Position numbers and translations under genes: made by a program. A stretch of DNA of 15,150 nt, from NCBI GenBank assembly GCA_037441385.1, contig JBBISH010000139.1, forward strand, positions 1 through 15,150. The letters run 5' to 3'. The DNA comes from Myxococcales bacterium. Its GTDB lineage: Bacteria; Myxococcota_A; UBA9042. The notes beneath the pieces are model-generated. The model did no database searches. It was not told where the DNA came from and was given only the letters and a program-made list of their open reading frames with translations. This document shows positions 1-6,724 of this stretch, one piece after another. The first letter of the stretch is position 1. The number at the start of each line of letters is the position of its first letter.

Positions 1-117
1 TGGTCCTACACGCCCGGCGAACACCGCTGCATCCGGCAGAGGCCGCACCGGGCGCAATCGCGCCGCTTGTGCCTTCGGGTTTTTCCGACACGCTCCTAGC
101 TCAACTCGATCGATCAG

Positions 118-816
118 TTGTGCGACCCGGGCTTTGCGCTGGGGCCCAACGACGTGCTGGTGGTGCACGACGCCGTCGGTGCTGCCGGGCACCTGCTGCA
201 GCGCCGCGGTCAGGCGCGAATCGAAGCCCGCACGCTGATTTGGGAGCCCATGTCCAGCTGGGAGCGACCCCTGGTGGACGCCGTGTTTGCGCGCGGCCAG
301 TCGCGGCCCCAACACCTGCTGCCCGCGGCCAAGCTGCTGGAAGTGGTGACCGCCGCCCACCGCCGGGACCTGTGCATCGGCGGCACCGTGCTGGCCGCGC
401 AGGGCGTGGTGGTGCTGATCCGCGGCGACTTGGAGGCGCTGACCGTGCCGCTTGGTCAGTTCGGACCCACGCCCCTGACCGTTGTACCGGATTTCAGCGA
501 CTTCGAGATCGCTGACTTTGGGCAGACGCTGCGTTTTGGCCTCTGCGAGGCGGCGTTCGACGCGGTTCTGTACCAGTGCGACCCCGACTACCGGCGGCGG
601 CTGAAGGCCCAGCGGAGGGCCGAAGAGCAGACCTTGGGGGCGTCGATTCGCCGGTTGCGGTTGCAGAAGGGGTTGCGGCAAGAGGACTTTGGGGAGGTGC
701 CGGCGCGGACGGTGGCGCGGATCGAGAATGGGGAGGTCGTGCGGCCGCAGCGGGCGACGTTGGAGGTGTTGGCTGGGCGGTTGGGGGTGGAGGTTGGGGA
801 GTTGGGTGGTTATTGA
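118..816 (+). CDS. XRE/Cro-family helix-turn-helix protein with a central DUF2442-like domain (regulator/antitoxin-like); start uncertain
   Basis: C-terminal LGASIRRLRLQKGLRQEDF...ARTVARIENGEVVRPQRATLEVLAGRLGV is a typical HTH_XRE motif. The preceding PDFSDFEIADFGQTLRFG...AFDAVLY segment resembles DUF2442-like antitoxin domains (from memory). The TTG start has no RBS, so the true N-terminus may be frameshifted (see findings). Confidence 0.75.
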   Translation: MCDPGFALGPNDVLVVHDAVGAAGHLLQRRGQARIEARTLIWEPMSSWERPLVDAVFARGQSRPQHLLPAAKLLEVVTAAHRRDLCIGGTVLAAQGVVVLIRGDLEALTVPLGQFGPTPLTVVPDFSDFEIADFGQTLRFGLCEAAFDAVLYQCDPDYRRRLKAQRRAEEQTLGASIRRLRLQKGLRQEDFGEVPARTVARIENGEVVRPQRATLEVLAGRLGVEVGELGGY

Positions 817-851
817 GGTTGGCCCCCTCTGCACAGGCCGGGAATCCGGAG

Positions 852-2621
852 CTATTTCACACAAGCTCCGTTCACCAATTTGCACTTTCCCTGGGTTGCA
901 CAGTTGGACGATTGTAGGCAGTCGGCGTCACTCCCCGCTTTGCACGTGCCGTCCAAGAAGGAGCAGGAGCCGTACGTCGCGCACGCGTCGGATTGTTTGC
1001 AGCCGCTGTCGCTGCCTATCGTGCAGTTGCCGTTGACGAACACGCATGCGCCATAGGACTTGCAGTTGGACCCTTTTTCGCAGTCCGCAGTGGAGCCAGC
1101 TGCGCAATAGGCTACCTTCTGCGGATTCAGTTTCATCGCGCAATATCCTTCAGTTGCACACTGAGTGGACTGGAGGCAGTCCTCGTCCGAACCGACAACG
1201 CACTTTCCGGCGGAAAGTGTGCAGTAGCCGTAGGTGGGACATGATGGCGCGGTCTTGCAGTCACCAATCGCGCAAGCGCCATTGATCAAGACACACTTGG
1301 ATTGCACTGCGCAGAGGGTAGAATTCGCGCAGTCGGCATCTGAGCCTACGATGCACTTGCCGTCCTTCGCCGCGCACAGTCCTACCTGGGCGCACGCGCT
1401 AAGCTTCTGACAGTCCGCGTCTTTGCCAATCACACACTTGCCGTCCTTGGCGGTACACTTACCTCCGTTGACCGCAGTACACCCCTTCGACTGGGCGCAA
1501 TCCGAGTCACTGGCGGCAACGCACACCCCTCCATCGGCGGTGCACTCGCCGATCGACTTGCAATACGTGGAAGTCTCACAGTCCGCAGCGGAGCCAGCCA
1601 TGCACTTGCCGTCGTCGCCAAGCGTACAAAGGCCATGGATGTCACAGTCCGCACTGATCTTGCAGTCAGTTGCGCCGGTTGCGATGCAACTGCCTGCGAC
1701 GGCAGTGCAGAGCCCAGACTGCTTGCAGGCGGCCGAGGCCAAGCAGTCCTTGTTGCTGACCGCGATGCACTTGCCAGCCGAAGCGACGCACTTGCCTTGA
1801 CTTGCGCAAAGGGCCTGGCAATCCGCGTTCTTGGCGGCCACGCAGTTGCCGCCAACTGCGCTGCAGTAGCCAGCCTCCTTGCACTTTTTGGTCGGGACGC
1901 AGTCGGCGTCCACTCCGACAACGCAGGCCCCGTCCTTGAAGGTGCACTCCCCGGTCTCCTTGCACAGGGCGGTGTAGTGACATTCTTGAGTAGACCCAGG
2001 TAGGCAGATGCCGTTTGTCGCGGTGCCGCCGCCACTGGAGTAGGCGGACGACTCCTTGCAGTCGGTGTCGCTGCCGGCAATACAAGCGCCGCCTTTGGGC
2101 GTGCACAGACCGGCGATCTGGCAGCATGGACAGTTCGGATAGCCTGGCGCAACGCAAACGCCGTCCTTCGCGGTGCAGGCTCCGCACTTCGCGTAGGCGC
2201 AGGCGGGCGTCTTCTGGCAGTCGGCATCGCTGGTAGCTGTGCACTTGCCGTTCACCATCGTGCAGCGGCCGTACAGGCTGCAGGCGAGGGACTTACTACA
2301 CGCCGGATCCACTGAGGCCGCGTCCGCACTTGTCGTCTCATCCTGACCGGTTGCCGCGTCCTTGAGTTCGGCAATGTCGGCCGCCCCGTTGTCGGGTGCC
2401 TTTGCCTCATCCCCTGCCACATCGGGCACTGTGCTGTCGGTTGGGGTGCTGTCGCCCGCCGTTGTCACTCCGTCCGAGTTCGGTGTGGCGTCGGGATCGA
2501 AGAACCCGCCCGCTCCTCCAGGGGTGCCGCAGGCGGCAATGAGGCAGGCCGCAAGGATGGTCCCTAGTGCGACACAAGGAGTGTGGGCACAGCTGAAACG
2601 AGTCGATTGGGGGCTGGACAT
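852..2621 (-). CDS. Cys-rich tandem-repeat lipoprotein (~589 aa)
   Basis: ATG at 2621 has GGAG about 9 nt upstream. Hydrophobic stretch plus lipobox (ILAACLIAA-C-G), then a D/T/A/P-rich linker, then 18 repeats of ~27 aa with consensus DCxxSxxCxxxGxCxxxxGxCxxGSDx. The ORF-track extension to 2966 is not supported. Confidence 0.85.
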   Translation of the reverse strand: MSSPQSTRFSCAHTPCVALGTILAACLIAACGTPGGAGGFFDPDATPNSDGVTTAGDSTPTDSTVPDVAGDEAKAPDNGAADIAELKDAATGQDETTSADAASVDPACSKSLACSLYGRCTMVNGKCTATSDADCQKTPACAYAKCGACTAKDGVCVAPGYPNCPCCQIAGLCTPKGGACIAGSDTDCKESSAYSSGGGTATNGICLPGSTQECHYTALCKETGECTFKDGACVVGVDADCVPTKKCKEAGYCSAVGGNCVAAKNADCQALCASQGKCVASAGKCIAVSNKDCLASAACKQSGLCTAVAGSCIATGATDCKISADCDIHGLCTLGDDGKCMAGSAADCETSTYCKSIGECTADGGVCVAASDSDCAQSKGCTAVNGGKCTAKDGKCVIGKDADCQKLSACAQVGLCAAKDGKCIVGSDADCANSTLCAVQSKCVLINGACAIGDCKTAPSCPTYGYCTLSAGKCVVGSDEDCLQSTQCATEGYCAMKLNPQKVAYCAAGSTADCEKGSNCKSYGACVFVNGNCTIGSDSGCKQSDACATYGSCSFLDGTCKAGSDADCLQSSNCATQGKCKLVNGACVK

Positions 2622-2801
2622 GGCTCGAATCTCCAGAAAATACGTTCTTCGCAGACGCGAAAGTCGGTAATGAGGGATCGTAGCCGGTACTTGGTCTTGC
2701 AGCAAGGACTGGGTGTTTCCGACCTTTGCAAGGAGAACCTGATATTTGCCAGCGTCTTGGTGGTATTTTGCTAGCTGCCGGATGTGATGGTCGGCGTTCG
2801 A

Positions 2802-2872
2802 GGTCGGCCAGGCCATCCTAGTGCTACAGACCCGAAGGTCATTTGGGGTTAGGCCTTTCGAATGGTTTGCAG
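2802..2872 (-). promoter_or_regulatory. Degenerate or variant c-di-GMP-I (GEMM-I)-like riboswitch candidate in the 5' leader of the Cys-rich lipoprotein
   Basis: Minus strand reads GCAAACCATTC-GAAA-GGCCTAACCC-CAAA-TGACCTTCG-GGTCT-GTAGCA-CTAGGATGGCCTGGCCGACC. The GEMM-I landmarks GCAAACC, C-GAAA-G, CAAA exactly 10 nt after the tetraloop, GGTCT and CTAnGAynGCCnGGC occur in order. The 3' strand of the GAAA stem does not pair. Confidence 0.4.
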
Positions 2873-2898
2873 TACCGGCCTTTTGAGCAAGCAAGTTA

Positions 2899-2939
2899 AG
2901 GGGACGAGCCGCCCCCTGCGACCCCCGCGTGCGGCTCGC
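2899..2939 (-). terminator. GC-rich hairpin downstream of ptuB (possible terminator or REP-like hairpin)
   Basis: Minus strand GCGAGCCGC...GCGGCTCGT 9-bp stem, with an alternative AGGGGG/TCCCCT stem, followed by CTTAACTTGCTT. The U-tract is weak. Confidence 0.25.
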
Positions 2940-3017
2940 GACCCTCTCGTACGCCAACCACGGCAACCCCGAAAGAATTTGAGATTTGGCGTGGTAGTTG
3001 GGAGAGACGAGCTACTG

Positions 3018-3728
3018 CTACCCACGGCCCGCTCTCCTCCGGGATGTTTTTCTTTCCCGTTTCGCGTACTCAGTTGCCACCTGCTGCAGGGCCACCGCAA
3101 ACTCGGGCAACACTGCCGCAGTTTGTATTCCTGCCGCCAAACGCTCGGCCGCTTTTGCGGACAACGGATTGTCTGCACTACGTCTCAGTCCAGCGGCGGC
3201 GATGGCTTGTTTCCTCAACTCAGCCAAGTGTTCATGACTGAGGTCCAGAATCGCAATCGCCGAAGCAGCAGCCTTGTCGCCAGCTTGCGCGGCGATGGCG
3301 CCGTCCGGGGCAAATACGAACCGGGTTCCGCACTCTTTATCTGTAGGAAACACGAAGTTCGCTCGCGTAACCGCAGTGCCACCTTTCCTGCGAGCCCCGA
3401 AGCCAGGGTCGGTCGCGCCATATCGAGGACTTGCGGGGAAACAGGCAATCATGTTGTCGTATTGCAGGTCGGCATTTACTTGCCCGAGTACAGGAATCGT
3501 CTGAGTCTGAGGGACCATGTGCTCGATGTGGCAAGAATCTGCATCCCGTAGCTTCAGTTGCGTGTATGGACAAAGAAATTTTTGCTGGATTAGGCGTACC
3601 TCTCGGATTCTGTTGCGGATATCGTCTGGCAACGCAATGTAGGCCAGGTTTTGCGGCGCGTGCTGCCGCTGCTGGGCGATCCACGCAGTGAATTCTTGCG
3701 GCGGCTGGTGGTCGGTGACGAGGATCAT
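3018..3728 (-). CDS. ptuB: HNH endonuclease, TIGR02646 / PtuB-like (Septu or retron-effector partner)
   Basis: QQKFLCPYT...CHIEHMVPQ...LQYDNMIACF...FGARRKG...FVFPTD...F.F..DG.I...AIAILDLSHEHLAELRKQAI matches the layout of this family. Its start overlaps the ATPase stop (ATGA, 3725-3728). Confidence 0.75.
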   Translation of the reverse strand: MILVTDHQPPQEFTAWIAQQRQHAPQNLAYIALPDDIRNRIREVRLIQQKFLCPYTQLKLRDADSCHIEHMVPQTQTIPVLGQVNADLQYDNMIACFPASPRYGATDPGFGARRKGGTAVTRANFVFPTDKECGTRFVFAPDGAIAAQAGDKAAASAIAILDLSHEHLAELRKQAIAAAGLRRSADNPLSAKAAERLAAGIQTAAVLPEFAVALQQVATEYAKRERKTSRRRAGRG

Positions 3729-5059
3729 TTCTCTTCCTCCAACTCGTCCGCCGTCAACGTGCGGGCGCGGAAAAGCGCTGCACGCAAACCAGCAACTTCC
3801 GGCACTAACAACAGATCCACTTTGCTCGGGTCGTTCTCGTGCAATTCGAACCCGGCGAAAGCGCCCAGCGCTGCTTCGACCGCGTCGAAATCCTCCTCCG
3901 TTTCAGCATCATCAATGAGTCTGAGGACTTGTTTCAGTTTGGCTTCAAATCGTTCGTTCCGACCACTTGCGTGTTGCACCAAGCGGACAGCTTGGGCGGA
4001 GTCGAGCCCAGCTGATACTGACGGGGTTCCGGCCGTGATTCCGCCATTTGCCGAAGGGCCAAGGACGCGAATTCGGGCCGGCGGAACCTCGCCAATCACT
4101 TGCGGCGAGTGTGTGGTCACAACGAATTGGAGACGGGGGAACGCGCGCGTTAGGTCGGCAAGCACACGGCGCTGCCAGCTAGGGTGCAGATGAAGATCAA
4201 TTTCATCAATCAACACCACGCCTTCACTCAGCGCTGGCGCCCTGTCGCCCAGATGTGGGTTGAGTACCGCCGCCCGCCAGGCAATGTCTGCTACTGTGGC
4301 AACCATGTTCCGGAACCCGTCGCTCAACTCGTCAAATTCCTGAACTCGGCCGTCAGCCCATTCGATGACCAATTCCTTGCGCTTGCCGGAAAAGTAAAAC
4401 CGCTTGGCCTGACCAATACAGGCACAGACGGCGTTTTCGATGGCGGTAAGGTGCGGGAGGCGTTTGCCTTCCTGAAACTCGGAGAGTGCCTGCTCTTTCA
4501 TCCAGATGGTCAAGTGTTTCTGATTGGAAGCCGGGTCAAGGCAGTCGAGGTAGCCGTCCGTTCGACTCAGCAGTGCGTGTTTGCCGGCAGTATCCCTGAT
4601 TTGACGCCAGAGCCGCTGCGTACCGTAGTAGGCAATCAGCGGCAGGTCCTGCTGCTTATTCTTGCGGACATTCACCTGCATCGCTCTGGCGGTCTCGCTG
4701 ATTCGCTTTGCACCTTCCCGTGTCGTTCTGCCGTCTATCGATCCGCGCTCACGGGCCCAGTCCATGCACTCACCGTCGACAACGCCAAGGCACGCGACGC
4801 GTACCGGCATTTGCGGCTCGTCGGAAACCACGCCTTCATTCTCAAACATGATGTGGCGGACATCGCCGTCGGCAATCATGCGCGCTCGGGCACCCCCAAC
4901 TGACAGCAGAAACCCGGCGAGGCCGACAGCGAGACCCTCCAATAGTGCCGTCTTTCCGGCTGAGTTGTCGCCAACGAGCACGGTCAACTGCGGGTCCAGG
5001 TCAAGCTCCAATAGCTCGAAACAGCGAAAGTTTTGCAGCGTTATCCTGTTGATCCTCAT
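3725..5059 (-). CDS. ptuA: ABC/AAA-family ATPase, PtuA-like (Septu)
   Basis: N-terminal MRINRITLQNFRCF, Walker A GDNSAGKT, YYGTQR, signature LSDGFRNM, Walker B/D-loop VVLIDEIDLHLHPSWQRR, H-loop QFVVTTHSPQV. Strong RBS AGGAGG (rc of 5064-5069). Confidence 0.88.
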   Translation of the reverse strand: MRINRITLQNFRCFELLELDLDPQLTVLVGDNSAGKTALLEGLAVGLAGFLLSVGGARARMIADGDVRHIMFENEGVVSDEPQMPVRVACLGVVDGECMDWARERGSIDGRTTREGAKRISETARAMQVNVRKNKQQDLPLIAYYGTQRLWRQIRDTAGKHALLSRTDGYLDCLDPASNQKHLTIWMKEQALSEFQEGKRLPHLTAIENAVCACIGQAKRFYFSGKRKELVIEWADGRVQEFDELSDGFRNMVATVADIAWRAAVLNPHLGDRAPALSEGVVLIDEIDLHLHPSWQRRVLADLTRAFPRLQFVVTTHSPQVIGEVPPARIRVLGPSANGGITAGTPSVSAGLDSAQAVRLVQHASGRNERFEAKLKQVLRLIDDAETEEDFDAVEAALGAFAGFELHENDPSKVDLLLVPEVAGLRAALFRARTLTADELEEEK

Positions 5060-5074
5060 GGCGCCTCCTCGTCA

Positions 5075-5103
5075 AGTCTACCTCCAACCGGCGGCAATAC
5101 CAA
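5075..5103 (-). promoter_or_regulatory. Possible sigma70-type promoter for ptuAB
   Basis: Minus strand TTGGTA-N17-TAGACT. The predicted start site would fall in or next to the RBS, which weakens the call. Confidence 0.25.
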
Positions 5104-5212
5104 TCAGGCGTTCATGGTAGCACCGATCGCATGGTTTCCCTTGACACCCACCCCAAAATCCCCGAAAAACAAAACCCAGACCACCCCGGTCCAAGAATTC
5201 AGGAGCCGCCGC

Positions 5213-5755
5213 ATGTCCGAACCCGCCCAAACCATCGCCGACCTCCTATCCACCATCCCCGACCCCGACCCGACCCAAACCGCCGAAGCCTACCTCGCCA
5301 CCCTCGCCGACACCGGCCACCAGGCCCAAGTCCAGGCCAACGCCTACCGCATCAAGCTCGGCCTTGCGCTCCTGGCCAGCAAACCCGCCGCCCGCAAAGG
5401 CGTCACCGCGTGGGAGACCGAGACCGCCCAGCGCCTCGGCGTCGACGCCCGCCAGGTGCGCACCTACTGCGCCACCGCCAAGACCGTGAACGCGATGGCG
5501 AACCAGTTGGCGGTGACGGTGCTGGACCGGCCCCTGCAGAAGGTGGTGGTCGAGGCCAAGCGCCTGCAGGCCGGCCAGCCCAGCGACAAGCCGCCGCGCA
5601 AGCAGCGCGACCCCTACCGCGAGGCCGTGGGCGCGGTCATGCGGCTGGTGCAAAAGGTGGCGCCGGAGCAGCAGATGGCCTGGCTCGACACCTTCCGCAT
5701 CGACACCGAGGTGGCGCTGGCCCAGGCCCAAGGGCAGGGCGCGGCGATGGACTAG
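5213..5755 (+). CDS. Small all-alpha protein with a DUF3102-like / HTH segment (180 aa), putative DNA-binding
   Basis: AGGAG RBS at 5201-5205, ATG at 5213, strong GC3 bias. YRIKLGLALLASK...KGVTAWETETAQRLGVDARQVRTYC resembles the DUF3102 pattern (IG..L..AK....G.W..W......S.R.A..YM, from memory). Confidence 0.7.
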   Translation: MSEPAQTIADLLSTIPDPDPTQTAEAYLATLADTGHQAQVQANAYRIKLGLALLASKPAARKGVTAWETETAQRLGVDARQVRTYCATAKTVNAMANQLAVTVLDRPLQKVVVEAKRLQAGQPSDKPPRKQRDPYREAVGAVMRLVQKVAPEQQMAWLDTFRIDTEVALAQAQGQGAAMD

Positions 5756-5823
5756 CGGGGGCGGGCGAAACAGATTTTCCCGCTATTGGAAGTCAAACTT
5801 CCAATAGGGCTTTCGCGGCCCGC
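5551..5823 (+). repeat. Direct repeat copy 1 (3' 205 bp of the DUF3102-like gene + stop + palindrome + GCGGCCCGC)
   Basis: Aligns without indels to 6359-6631 (offset 808). Ten substitutions over the first 257 bp, then 7 variable nt, then a shared GCGGCCCGC. Confidence 0.95.
5783..5807. promoter_or_regulatory. AT-rich perfect inverted repeat CTATTGGAAGT-CAA-ACTTCCAATAG (operator or recombination-site candidate), copy 1
   Basis: 11-bp perfect arms with a 3-nt spacer, inside a longer imperfect hairpin (GGGCGGGCGAAA...TTTCGCGGCCCGCCC). No U-tract. The function is inferred. Confidence 0.55.
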
Positions 5824-5858
5824 CCGGGCAACAGCTACACTTTTACCAGCGGGGCTTC

Positions 5859-6344
5859 ATGAAGTTCACAGAAGACGGCGTGAAGGTCCTCTACGAACAG
5901 AACCTTGCCGAAACCGCGGGCATGCTGGCGTCGCTGCCGTTTGCAGCCGGAGAGTCGCCGCAGATCACCGGCCTAAGCGGTTGGGTCTTTGAGCAAACAC
6001 TGCGGCACTGCTTGTCGGCGGAACTGACCGAGTTCGGGCTGCAACCGGCGATTGCGTGCCAAGTCCCGGTGCGAGGCCGAGCGAAGATTGACTTGCTCGT
6101 CGGAAACCGCGTTGCGATTGAGGTCAAGTCACGCGGCTCCTGGGGCAACGACACCAAATACCGGACCTACGGGAAGGTGGTCTTGCGCAAGGGCTGGATC
6201 TATCTGTACGTGACTTTGCAGGAGGGGCATTTGCCGTACCGCAATGCGACCCTCAAGTTGTTTGGCCCGGACGGCGCCTATTTCTTGGACGGGCAGGGCG
6301 AGTGGGCGCGATTCGTGAACAAGGTTGCGGGCGCCCTGGCTTGA
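5859..6344 (+). CDS. PD-(D/E)XK restriction-endonuclease-like nuclease (161 aa)
   Basis: Motif I SGWVFEQ, motif II KIDLLV, motif III AIEVKS. Codon usage is visibly less GC-biased than in the neighbours. No methyltransferase nearby. Confidence 0.72.
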   Translation: MKFTEDGVKVLYEQNLAETAGMLASLPFAAGESPQITGLSGWVFEQTLRHCLSAELTEFGLQPAIACQVPVRGRAKIDLLVGNRVAIEVKSRGSWGNDTKYRTYGKVVLRKGWIYLYVTLQEGHLPYRNATLKLFGPDGAYFLDGQGEWARFVNKVAGALA

Positions 6345-6358
6345 GGGCCTTTGCTGCC

Positions 6359-6563
6359 CGAGGCCAAGCGCCTGAAGGCCGACCAGCCCAGCGACAAGCC
6401 GCCGCGCAAGCAGCGCGACCCGTACCGCGAGGCTGTGGGCGCGGTGATGCGGCTGGTGCAAAAGGTGGCGCCGGAGCAGCAGATGGCCTGGCTCGACACC
6501 TTCCGCATCGACATCGAGGTGGCGCTGGCCCAGGCCCAGGGGCACGGCGCGGCGATGGATTAG
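6359..6563 (+). pseudogene. Orphan 3' fragment (last ~67 codons + stop) of the DUF3102-like gene
   Basis: EAKRLKADQPSDKPPRKQRDPYREAVGAVMRLVQKVAPEQQMAWLDTFRIDIEVALAQAQGHGAAMD* differs from the 5213-5755 C-terminus at 4 residues. No N-terminal half; only a weak TTG at 6351. Confidence 0.8.
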
Positions 6564-6587
6564 CGGGGGCTGGCGAAACAGATTTTC

Positions 6588-6618
6588 CCGCTATTGGAAG
6601 TCAAACTTCCAATAGCGG
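6588..6618. promoter_or_regulatory. Inverted repeat CCGCTATTGGAAGT-CAA-ACTTCCAATAGCGG, copy 2
   Basis: 14-bp perfect arms with a 3-nt spacer. The 25-bp core is identical to copy 1. Confidence 0.55.
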
Positions 6619-6724
6619 CCGGGCGGCCCGCGAATGATGCGGAAAGTCCCCACAATTCAAGGAACAGGGAAGTAGCGGCCGTGCCTCCGCGCCGGCCGCC
6701 CCTCTCAGCCCGAACTCCGCGCAT

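Larger units (their letters stand above)
6359..6631 (+). repeat. Direct repeat copy 2
   Basis: Copy of 5551-5823 at offset 808. Confidence 0.95.

Noticed and set aside
852..2310. CRISPR array or multiheme cytochrome in the periodic region
   Set aside because: The periodicity is at protein level with diverged DNA, and there are no CxxCH heme motifs.
2622..2966. N-terminal extensions given by the ORF track (also 5033-5212, 9233-9346, 11572-12009, 11513-11791)
   Set aside because: Downstream ATGs have RBSs and place signal peptides or domain starts at the N-terminus. The extensions overlap regulatory DNA or other genes.
5141..5170. Sigma70 promoter from a perfect TTGACA upstream of the DUF3102-like gene
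   Set aside because: No acceptable -10 hexamer at 16-18 nt spacing (GAAAAA).
3018..5212. Type I-A retron (RT + ncRNA + PtuAB)
   Set aside because: No ORF with RT motifs (YADD, NAxxH, VTG), and no a1/a2 inverted repeat evident in the 153-bp upstream gap.
5551..6631. Diversity-generating retroelement (VR/TR pair with a downstream hairpin)
   Set aside because: Mismatches are not adenine-specific (c/a, g/a, c/g, c/t, c/g, c/t, a/g, g/c, c/t, g/t), over half of the coding ones are synonymous, and there is no reverse transcriptase in the window.
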